Shown here in pieces: positions 19,446 through 27,486 of a DNA stretch of 64,000 bases. This DNA comes from a candidate division WOR-3 bacterium (GTDB lineage Bacteria > Hydrothermota > Tepidihabitantia > Tepidihabitantales > Tepidihabitantaceae): positions 1 to 64,000 of the forward strand of contig CBFGJX010000002.1 in the NCBI GenBank assembly GCA_965649225.1, read 5' to 3'. The position numbers and the translations under genes are program-made. The notes beneath the pieces were generated by a model. It was not told the origin of the DNA, did no database searches, and saw nothing but the letters and a program-made list of their open reading frames with translations. Position 1 is the first letter of the stretch. Each line of letters opens with the position of its first letter.

Positions 19446-19588
19446 TGCGTTTCCTCCACGTTGGTTCTGGTCGTGACGGACACGGCTGGCGTTGGTACAA
19501 ACGGTCAAACCGTAGCGGGGAGCCGATTGACGACGCTCTGACCAATCGACCGTCCGCCCGGCCGCGGGCAGAACATTCCAGCGGAAGA

Positions 19589-19660
19589 CTGGGGGACAGG
19601 GATTCGAACCCCGACTGGCTGATCCAGAGTCAGCTGTCCTGCCAGTTAGACGATCCCCCA
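19589..19660 (-). tRNA. tRNA-Gln(CTG), CCA not encoded
   Basis: Acceptor stem TGGGGGA...TCCCCCA, anticodon loop ctCTGga and T-loop GGTTCGAATCC. A TTGACT-N16-TATGCT promoter lies upstream. Confidence 0.95.
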
Positions 19661-19789
19661 GTACAGTCTGGCTGTCAGCATATCCATCATTCAGCGCGAG
19701 TCAACACGGACGCAGTAACAGCAGAAGGTTGAGCAAAACAGGAGTCAGCGCCGGTTGACGACTGTTCGGCCAAAACTATATTGGACTGC

Positions 19790-20260
19790 GTGAGCAGGCT
19801 TCTGTTGCGAATTGACGATCGAATGTTGCATGGACAGGTCCTTGCCGGATGGGTTCAGCCTTTGGGTATCAGACACGTTGTGATTGCCAACGATACTGTT
19901 GCGGAAGACAAGCTTCAGGTTGAGCTTTACCGTGCCGTGGTGCCGGCCGGGCTCAAGCTGGACGTGTTGCCGCTGAACAAAGCCACGGAACTGCGGACCG
20001 GTGGCGAGAAGACGATGATTCTGGTCAGTTCGCCGGCCGATGCGCGGCGACTGGTGGAGGCCGGGGTGACTCCCGATGTTGTCAACATTGGTGGACTCCA
20101 CCAAAGCCCTGGTCGCACAGAGATTTTTCCTTTTGTATGGGTTTCGGCAGACGACAGACGGGATATTCGTTTTCTGCTCGATGCCGGGTTAAGGGTTGAA
20201 GTGAGGATGCTGCCTGACGACCCGCTGCAAAGTCTGGCAAGACTTGTCGAGGGCAGTTGA
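19790..20260 (+). CDS. PTS mannose/fructose/sorbose-family EIIB
   Basis: Phospho-His motif RIDDRMLHGQV and VNIGGL. Confidence 0.9.
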   Translation: MSRLLLRIDDRMLHGQVLAGWVQPLGIRHVVIANDTVAEDKLQVELYRAVVPAGLKLDVLPLNKATELRTGGEKTMILVSSPADARRLVEAGVTPDVVNIGGLHQSPGRTEIFPFVWVSADDRRDIRFLLDAGLRVEVRMLPDDPLQSLARLVEGS

Positions 20261-20949
20261 TGATTCAGGAGTTTGCGGTTGCGGTTCTTTTGGCGGCGGT
20301 CATTTTGCTGGATAAGTGGACGGTTGGAGAGTTTGGTATCTCCCAGCCGATAGTGGCATGCCCGGTACTGGGCTGGGCATTTGGCTCCTGGACCGCCGGG
20401 CTGCAGCTTGGTCTTGCCCTGCAACTGGGGTGGCTGGCGGCGCTGCCGCTCGGCAGCAGCCGGCAGATAGATTACCAGTCGGCGGGCGTTGCCGCCGTTC
20501 TTGGCTACCGGGTCTTCAGCCGCCTGCTGCCGGCCGCTGGCGAAGGTCAGCTGCTGCTCGGGGCAATTCTTCTTGGCACCGTGTGTGGTTTGATTGGCGA
20601 GTTTCTCGACTTCTGGCACAAGCGGCTGAATGGCCGTTTGTTTCTGGCCGGTGTTGCCGCCAGGTCAATGGCGGCCGCGTTTGGCTGGCACTTCGCAGGG
20701 CTGGGCACTGGATTGCTGCGGGGAGCGATGGCTGCGGTCTTGTACATCGGTCTGGCACTGCTGGTGAAACCGCTGGTGTCGCTGCTGCCGGCTGTGCAGC
20801 CGGCAAAAGTGGTTGCCGCGGCGTTGATGGTGGGAGCGGCGGCCGCGGCGCGGCTGCTCGTTGACCGGGCGCGGGTTGGCTGGTTTGCCTGCGGCGGTGC
20901 AGCAGGGGCGGCGCTCTGGCTGCTGCTGGCAGGCAGAGGCGGTGGATGA
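20257..20949 (+). CDS. PTS mannose-family EIIC
   Basis: Hydrophobic protein with GISQPIVA and GLALQLGWL..LPLG. Confidence 0.8.
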   Translation: MMIQEFAVAVLLAAVILLDKWTVGEFGISQPIVACPVLGWAFGSWTAGLQLGLALQLGWLAALPLGSSRQIDYQSAGVAAVLGYRVFSRLLPAAGEGQLLLGAILLGTVCGLIGEFLDFWHKRLNGRLFLAGVAARSMAAAFGWHFAGLGTGLLRGAMAAVLYIGLALLVKPLVSLLPAVQPAKVVAAALMVGAAAAARLLVDRARVGWFACGGAAGAALWLLLAGRGGG

Positions 20950-21620
20950 TGATGGCACTGCTGGGATGGCTGCTGCTGCTGTTCGTCCAGACTTCCTGGT
21001 CTTATGCCGGTTCGCAGGGACTCGGGCTGCTCGCCGTTCTGATTGCTCTGGCAAAAAACAGCGAATTGCGGCGCAGAATCTGGGACAAGTATCGGTCACC
21101 GGCAAATACCAATCCGTATCTTGCCGGTGTGATTGCCGGGGCGATTCTTCATCACGAAAGCGACCAGAGCAGCGACCCGGCTCAGTTCCGTGGGCCGGCC
21201 GAGGCGGCTCTGGCGGCGACTGGTGACCTTTTCTTCTGGCGGACGCTGCGACCAGGGCTGTCAGTCGTGGCTGCCGCTGTCGGTACCGTCGCCACGGCGC
21301 TGGCGCCGGTCGTGTTTCTTTTGCCCTTTCTTGTGACCAGCCAGGTATTCCGGGTTTTCGGGCTGGTGCGCGGTCTTGCCAGGGGCAGGGCGGCTGCGCT
21401 TGAGATTGCGACGCTGTTGCGGGCTATGAATAACCGGGCCGCACCGTTTTTTGCCGGTTGCTGCGGGTTATTGCTTGTCAGGGTCGTTGGCCGTGGCCCA
21501 GTGCTGCCGTTGGTGGCGCTAGGACTGACCGCTTACCTCTTGAGCGGTATCAAGTGGTTGGCAGTCTGGCTGCTGCCGCTTGGACTGCTGGGACTGGCAT
21601 TCGCCGGGGTGCTGGCGTGA
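20946..21620 (+). CDS. PTS mannose-family EIID (short)
   Basis: Motifs QTSWSY..QGLG, NTNPYLAG and LAATGDLFFWRTLRP. Confidence 0.8.
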   Translation: MMMALLGWLLLLFVQTSWSYAGSQGLGLLAVLIALAKNSELRRRIWDKYRSPANTNPYLAGVIAGAILHHESDQSSDPAQFRGPAEAALAATGDLFFWRTLRPGLSVVAAAVGTVATALAPVVFLLPFLVTSQVFRVFGLVRGLARGRAAALEIATLLRAMNNRAAPFFAGCCGLLLVRVVGRGPVLPLVALGLTAYLLSGIKWLAVWLLPLGLLGLAFAGVLA

Positions 21621-21883
21621 AGCGGGCGGTGGTGATTGTCGGCGGACCGGTCGGGTTGCATGCCCGGCCGGCGGCCGAGTTTGTGCGGATTGCTGAGCGA
21701 TTCCGCTCTGATGTGCGTCTGACAAAGGAAGGCATCAAGGTCAACGCCAAGAGCATCCTCGCAATTCTGACACTTGCGGCCGAAGCGGGCAGTGAAGTGG
21801 TACTGGAGGTCAACGGCCCGGACGAGAACGAGGCATTCGAGCAACTTAAAAGAAAGCTGGAGAACTGTGAAACCCAAACGTGA
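21617..21883 (+). CDS. ptsH: Phosphocarrier protein HPr
   Basis: Motifs GLHARPAA (His15) and NAKSIL (Ser46). The GTG start overlaps the EIID stop. Confidence 0.95.
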   Translation: MKRAVVIVGGPVGLHARPAAEFVRIAERFRSDVRLTKEGIKVNAKSILAILTLAAEAGSEVVLEVNGPDENEAFEQLKRKLENCETQT

Positions 21884-23657
21884 GCGCATCCTGCGGGGCA
21901 TCCCTGTCTCGCCCGGTTTTGCACAGGGACGGTTGCTGGTATATCGGCCCTATTCGCCCCGTTATGAAGAGGTTGTCCTTCCGCCTGAGGCCGTTCCGGC
22001 AGAGCAGGCCCGATTCCGGCAGGCAGTACGTGCGGCCCGGCGCGAGCTGACCCAGCTGGCCGAGCAGGTTAGTCGAGACATGGGCCGCGATTTTGCCGAT
22101 TTCGTGCTTGTGCAGTCGGCAATTCTTGATGACCCCGAGGTTCTACGGCGGGCGGAAGAATACATCGCCAGCAAGCGCCGTAATGCCGAGTTTGCCTTTG
22201 TCGAGGTGTTGAAACAACTGATGGAGCCAATGGCCGGCTCGACACCTCTGTTCCGTGAGCGCATGCTGGACGTCGGTGATGTTACCAATCGCGTGCTGCG
22301 CAATCTGCTGGGAGATCAGGCACGCACACTGCTGGAAGTTGCTCGCGGCAGTGTCATTTTTGCCCATGACTTGCCGCCGTCGGACTCGGCACTGCTCGAC
22401 CCCGAGCGGGTTGTCGGATTGGTTCTTGAAATCGGTGGCAAGACTTCGCACACGGCGATTATGGCCAAGGCAAAAGGCATTCCGGCAGTCGCCGGGATTC
22501 AAAACGCTGTCGGGGCTGGCACTGATGGTGAGGACGTCTTCGTTGATGGTTTTCGGGGAATTGCGGTGGTTACCCCGTCCCGCAACCGCCTGCGGGCTTA
22601 CGAAGTTGAGGTCCGACGGCGGCGACGTCACCTCCAGTCGCTTTCGCGGCTGGCGGATGCCCCGCCGGTTACGCTCAACAAGAAGACAATCGACCTTTCC
22701 GCGAACATCGAGTTTCTGGCTGAGGCCAAGGCAGCTCGTGCCAACGGCGCGATGGGAGTCGGCCTCTTTCGTACCGAATATATGTATCTGGCCCGGCGGC
22801 GACCGCCGACAGAGGAGGAACAGTATCAGGTTTATGCCGAGGTGGCCCGGCTTTTCGACCCACACCCGGTAATCGTCCGGACCTTCGACCTCGGCGGCGA
22901 CAAAGTCCTGCCGGGCTATTCGGAACACAACCCTTTTCTTGGTTACCGTGCCATTCGGCTTTCCCTCGACAACCTGCCGGTGTTCCGGGCACAGCTCCGA
23001 GCCGCACTGCGCGCGTCAGTTCACGGCAACGTCAAGGTCATGTTTCCAATGATTGCCACTGTCGAGGAATTGCGCCGGGCGAAACTGGAGGTGGAGCGAG
23101 CGAAGGAATCCCTGCGTGCCGATGGTCACCGATTCAATGACGATTTCGAGGTAGGGGTGATGGTCGAAATACCCTCGGCGGCTCTGATCGCGGACCGGCT
23201 GGCACGGGAATGTTCGTTTCTCTCGATCGGTTCGAATGACCTGACCCAGTACACCTTGGCGGTCGACCGCGGCAACGAACGGGTTGCGCGGCTGTTTGAT
23301 CCGTTCCATCCGGCGGTGCTGGCTCTGATGAAGCAGACGATCGACGCAGCACACCGCCAGGGAATCTGGTCCGGAATCTGCGGCGAGCTTGGTGCTGACC
23401 CACTGGGCATCTTTGTGTTGTTGGGAATGGGCATCGATGAGATATCGGCTGCCGCCGGGTTCATACCGGAGGCAAAAAACATCATCATGGCAATCGACAC
23501 CGACGAGGCGGCAGAGGTTGTGGAACTGGCGATGAAGAACGCCGGTACCGCACTGGAAGTCGAGAGGATCATTCAGCGTGAGATTGGGCGGCGTTTTCCG
23601 GAACTGGCAAAGCTTATCGCAATAGCAGGAGGAGTCGGTGCAAAACACCGTCGCTGA
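21867..23657 (+). CDS. ptsI: PEP-protein phosphotransferase (PTS Enzyme I)
   Basis: Motifs GGKTSHTAI, GVGLFRTE, VRTFDLGGDK, SIGSNDLTQY and GICGE. Confidence 0.95.
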   Translation: MKPKRERILRGIPVSPGFAQGRLLVYRPYSPRYEEVVLPPEAVPAEQARFRQAVRAARRELTQLAEQVSRDMGRDFADFVLVQSAILDDPEVLRRAEEYIASKRRNAEFAFVEVLKQLMEPMAGSTPLFRERMLDVGDVTNRVLRNLLGDQARTLLEVARGSVIFAHDLPPSDSALLDPERVVGLVLEIGGKTSHTAIMAKAKGIPAVAGIQNAVGAGTDGEDVFVDGFRGIAVVTPSRNRLRAYEVEVRRRRRHLQSLSRLADAPPVTLNKKTIDLSANIEFLAEAKAARANGAMGVGLFRTEYMYLARRRPPTEEEQYQVYAEVARLFDPHPVIVRTFDLGGDKVLPGYSEHNPFLGYRAIRLSLDNLPVFRAQLRAALRASVHGNVKVMFPMIATVEELRRAKLEVERAKESLRADGHRFNDDFEVGVMVEIPSAALIADRLARECSFLSIGSNDLTQYTLAVDRGNERVARLFDPFHPAVLALMKQTIDAAHRQGIWSGICGELGADPLGIFVLLGMGIDEISAAAGFIPEAKNIIMAIDTDEAAEVVELAMKNAGTALEVERIIQREIGRRFPELAKLIAIAGGVGAKHRR

Positions 23658-24654
23658 TTCGAAACTGATGCGGCGCTGGACGCTTGCTCTGCCCGACCAG
23701 CTCGAACAGGGATTTGCGGCGGCAGCCGTCTTGCCCCGGCGCGCGGTCAAGTGTGCCAGTGTTGTAGTGTGCGGTATGGGCGGCTCCGGGATAAGTGGTG
23801 CTCTTGCCGCATCGCTGCTTTGGGACCGGCTGGGAATACCGATAGTTGCTTGGCACGACTATGACCTGCCTGCCTGGGTGGTTGAGAGCAGTCTTGTGAT
23901 CGGAATCAGCTATTCGGGTGGCACCGAGGAGACGATTTCGGCGCTGAAGCAGGCTGACCGTCGTCGTTGCCGAGTTGTGGTGATTGCCGCCGGCGGTCCA
24001 CTGGCGGAGGCAGCGGTCAAGAAGAACTGGTCGCTGTTGAGGGTACCGGCCGGCCCGCCGCCCCGGGCAGCACTGGGCTACCTGCTCGGTGCTTGTTTGG
24101 GTGTGTTCGACCGTACCGGACTTGCCCCGCGACTCGCCAGTGAGGTCAAGTCAGCGGTCGCGATACTCCACGCTCGCCGGCGGCAACTGGAGCGGCGGGC
24201 GGTTACGGTAGCACGCTTTCTGCATCCGGCGTTGCCGGTAGTCTATTCGGCGTCTCGCTCACTGGATGCGGTTGCCGATCGCTGGCGTGCTCAGTTGAAC
24301 GAGAATTCCAAGCTGCTGTGCCATACCAATCAGTTGCCCGAGCTCGATCACAACGAAATCGTCGGGCTGGGTGCGCCGCCGGCCGTCGCCGCGGCGCGAG
24401 TGGTTGTGCTGGTCGATTCCGAGACTCATCCGAGAACTCTCAGACGGGTGCGCGAAACGCTGGACGTGGTCAAAAATGCTTGCGGCGGGTTTCGGGTTGT
24501 TAGCGCGACGGAGAGGCTGCGACTGGGACGCATGCTCGAACTGGTGATGGTTGGCGATCTGGCCAGCCTTAAGCTGGCGGCGATGCGTGGGGTAAATCCC
24601 AGATCGATCGACCGGATAGATGAACTCAAGCGGCGGCTGGAGTCGGTACGATGA
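23638..24654 (+). CDS. Bifunctional phosphoglucose/phosphomannose isomerase (SIS fold, archaeal-type)
   Basis: Motifs GMGGSG, SYSGGTEET, RWRAQLNENSK and PELDHNEIVG. Confidence 0.9.
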   Translation: MQNTVADSKLMRRWTLALPDQLEQGFAAAAVLPRRAVKCASVVVCGMGGSGISGALAASLLWDRLGIPIVAWHDYDLPAWVVESSLVIGISYSGGTEETISALKQADRRRCRVVVIAAGGPLAEAAVKKNWSLLRVPAGPPPRAALGYLLGACLGVFDRTGLAPRLASEVKSAVAILHARRRQLERRAVTVARFLHPALPVVYSASRSLDAVADRWRAQLNENSKLLCHTNQLPELDHNEIVGLGAPPAVAAARVVVLVDSETHPRTLRRVRETLDVVKNACGGFRVVSATERLRLGRMLELVMVGDLASLKLAAMRGVNPRSIDRIDELKRRLESVR

Positions 24655-24700
24655 ATCGCCGGCCCCACTTCTGTCTGGCCGCGGCCGACACACCAGTCCG

Positions 24701-25822
24701 ATGATGACGTTTGTCCTTCTGCCGGCGCCAGCAGGCGGCCGCGCCCGCCGCGGCAGGCTGCTGCTGCCGCACGGCGAAGTTGACACCCCGTGTTTCATGC
24801 CCGTAGGGACCCAGGGAACGGTCAAGACACTCACGCCAGCCGAGGTCGTCGAGACCGGTGCCCAGATGATGGTCTGCAATACCTATCATCTGTACCTGCG
24901 GCCAGGACACCGGCGAATCCGACAGCTGGGTGGTTTGACTGCTTTCACCGGCTGGCACCGGCCGATACTGACCGACTCCGGAGGCTATCAGGTTTACTCG
25001 CTGGCCGCCTTGAGCCGAATCAGCGACGACGGCGTCGAGTTTCAGTCGCATGTTGATGGCAGCCGCCATACCTTTACGCCAGAACTGGTCGTCGAGATTC
25101 AGCAGGATCTCGGCTCCGATATCGCGATGTGTCTGGATCAGTGTCCGCCTTATCCGGTCGCGCGCGACCTGGCCGAGGAAGCAGTAATCAGGACGACCCG
25201 ATGGGCCGAACGGTGTCGGACTGCCTGTCAGCCTGAGACGAATCTGTTTGGAATAGTGCAGGGTGCCACTTATCACGACCTGCGGCGCCGGAGTTGCCAG
25301 GAGCTTGTCGAACTGGACCTGGCCGGGTACGCTTTGGGCGGACTTTGTCTGGGAGAGCCCTCGAGCCTGACCTATGAAATCATTGAGGGTTGTACTGGTC
25401 TCCTGCCGGCGGATAAGCCGCGCTACCTGATGGGAGCAGGCTATCCCGAGGACATCATCGCCGCAGTGGCCCGCGGCATCGACATGTTTGATTGTGTTCT
25501 GCCGACCCGTAATGGCCGCACCGGCGCGGCATTTACCAGTTGCGGGACAGTTGTTATCAAGCAAGCACGGTATGCCGAAGACCCAAATCCACTCGATCCG
25601 GCATGTGAGTGCTATACCTGCCGTAACTTCAATCGGGCATTCCTGCGCCACCTGTTCGTTGCCGGCGAGGCGCTGGGGCCGAAGCTGCTTACGTACCACA
25701 ACGTCTGGTTCTACCAGCGGTTGATGAAGGAAATCCGACAGGCAATCGAGCGAGGGGAGTTTGGCGTGTGGTCGGAACGGTTTCTGGACCGGTTTCGGTC
25801 AGGGTGTCCGGTTGGAGTTTGA
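24701..25822 (+). CDS. tgt: Queuine tRNA-ribosyltransferase
   Basis: Motifs FMPVGTQGTVK, LTDSGGYQV, DMFDCVLPTRNGR and Zn site CECYTC. Confidence 0.96.
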   Translation: MMTFVLLPAPAGGRARRGRLLLPHGEVDTPCFMPVGTQGTVKTLTPAEVVETGAQMMVCNTYHLYLRPGHRRIRQLGGLTAFTGWHRPILTDSGGYQVYSLAALSRISDDGVEFQSHVDGSRHTFTPELVVEIQQDLGSDIAMCLDQCPPYPVARDLAEEAVIRTTRWAERCRTACQPETNLFGIVQGATYHDLRRRSCQELVELDLAGYALGGLCLGEPSSLTYEIIEGCTGLLPADKPRYLMGAGYPEDIIAAVARGIDMFDCVLPTRNGRTGAAFTSCGTVVIKQARYAEDPNPLDPACECYTCRNFNRAFLRHLFVAGEALGPKLLTYHNVWFYQRLMKEIRQAIERGEFGVWSERFLDRFRSGCPVGV

Positions 25823-25861
25823 TTAGCCTGAGGCGTGATTGTGAACCACAAGGAGGCGAAC

Positions 25862-26986
25862 ATGACGAAGACTCTGAGAATGGTCTTTGTGCTGCTTCTG
25901 GCTTGCGGCGGCGAGTCGGGGATAAAAATCGGACTGATGGCTCCCCTGACCGGCAACGTCAAGACCTTTGGCGAGTCGACGAGAAACGGTGTCATGCTGG
26001 CGGTTGAAGAAGTCAATGCCAGGGGAGGAATCGCCGGCAAAAAGCTGCAGGTGGTGATCGTTGATGATAAGGCTGACCCGACCGAAGCCAGTAACGCTGG
26101 AGCCAAGCTGATTGATATGGACAAGGTTGTGGCAATCATCGGATCGGTTACCTCGAATTGTTCGGCGCCACTGTCTGATCGCGCGCAGTCGGCAGGCATA
26201 CCGATGATCACGCCCACCTCGACAGCCACGAAGGTCACAGTGGGTGAGGACGGTCGGCGCAAGGACTATGTCTTTCGCGCCTGCTTCACCGATTCCTTTC
26301 AGGGTGCGGTCGCTGCCAGATTCGCACTGGAAAGCCTGCAGGCCAAAACCGCAGCGGTAATGTTTGACAACAGCAACGATTACTCACGCGGGCTGGCTGA
26401 ACATTTCCGAAGCGCTTTCAGCCGCGCCGGAAAGGTTGTGGCCTTCATATCCTATGGCAAGGATGATCCCGACTATCTGCCGGCGCTGACCGCTGTCCGT
26501 CAGCAGGACCCGGACGTGCTCTTCCTGCCTGATTATTACAACAAGGTTGCTCTGATTGTCAGGCAGGCGCGACAACTGGGAATCAGACGCACCAAACTGC
26601 TGGGTGGTGACGGCTGGGATTCTCCCAGAATGCTGGAGAATGCCGGCGAGGACATCGTCGGCGGCTACTTCACCAATCACTACTCACCGGCTGACCCGCG
26701 ACCTGAAGTGCAGGAATGGGTCGGCAAGTACGAGAAGCGTTATGGCGAGAAGCCCGATGCGCTGGCCACGCTCGGTTATGATGCAGCCTTGCTACTGATA
26801 AACGCACTGACGCAGGCGGGTGAGGTCAGGCCGGAAGCAATCCGCGATGCCCTGGCCGCGACAAGAGATTTTCCGTGCGTCTCCGGTCGCATAACCTTTG
26901 ACCAGAACGGCAACCCGATAAAGACCGTCAGCGTGCTTCAGTACACAGCCGACGGCCAGCGGTTCGTCTGTAACTTGCAGCCCTGA
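25862..26986 (+). CDS. Branched-chain amino acid ABC transporter substrate-binding lipoprotein (LivJ/K family)
   Basis: Lipobox LLAC with IKIGLMAPLTG, YVFRACFTDSFQG and LLGGDGWDS. Confidence 0.9.
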   Translation: MTKTLRMVFVLLLACGGESGIKIGLMAPLTGNVKTFGESTRNGVMLAVEEVNARGGIAGKKLQVVIVDDKADPTEASNAGAKLIDMDKVVAIIGSVTSNCSAPLSDRAQSAGIPMITPTSTATKVTVGEDGRRKDYVFRACFTDSFQGAVAARFALESLQAKTAAVMFDNSNDYSRGLAEHFRSAFSRAGKVVAFISYGKDDPDYLPALTAVRQQDPDVLFLPDYYNKVALIVRQARQLGIRRTKLLGGDGWDSPRMLENAGEDIVGGYFTNHYSPADPRPEVQEWVGKYEKRYGEKPDALATLGYDAALLLINALTQAGEVRPEAIRDALAATRDFPCVSGRITFDQNGNPIKTVSVLQYTADGQRFVCNLQP

Positions 26987-27003
26987 GAGAACCCGGTGCC
27001 TGA

Positions 27004-27396
27004 CTATCGGCCGAGCCGCTCGCGTCGGGCGATCAGTTCGGCGGCGGTGCTGAGTATGACTTGGTTGTCGCCGGGCTTGACGATGAAGGCATCTGCGCCC
27101 TCGGCGATTGTCTGATGGCGTTCGGATTCCGACGAGCTGGAGGTGAATACGAGAATCGGCGGTGAAGACTTCGGGTCACGTTTGAATGATCTCAGAACTT
27201 TATGGCCGTCGATTCCCGGCATGCGGAGGTCGAGGATTACGAGGTCATAGTGGGCGGTTGGGTCCAGGCTGAAGACTTGCAGGGCATTTGCCGCTTCACT
27301 CACTCTGTAACCCGCATGTTCAAACAGCTTCCTGAGCAAGAGGCGTATGCTCGCCTCATCGTCAATTATCAGTACGTGTTTCTTGCTGTCCTGCAT
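27004..27396 (-). CDS. Single-domain response regulator (receiver)
   Basis: Motifs VLIIDDE, ILDLRMPGIDG, FTS and FIVKP. Confidence 0.92.
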   Translation of the reverse strand: MQDSKKHVLIIDDEASIRLLLRKLFEHAGYRVSEAANALQVFSLDPTAHYDLVILDLRMPGIDGHKVLRSFKRDPKSSPPILVFTSSSSESERHQTIAEGADAFIVKPGDNQVILSTAAELIARRERLGR

Positions 27397-27486
27397 CGTA
27401 TCAGTCTAGGACGTGGATTCAGCCAGTCAAGTTAGTCCTGAAAGTCACGGGCGCCGGTTCTGGATCGTGCGCCGGAGGGAGCCTAG

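Noticed and set aside
19446..19588. SAM riboswitch upstream of the methionine gamma-lyase gene
   Set aside because: No SAM-I core (ATCNAGAG...GCAACC...GTGC) is visible.
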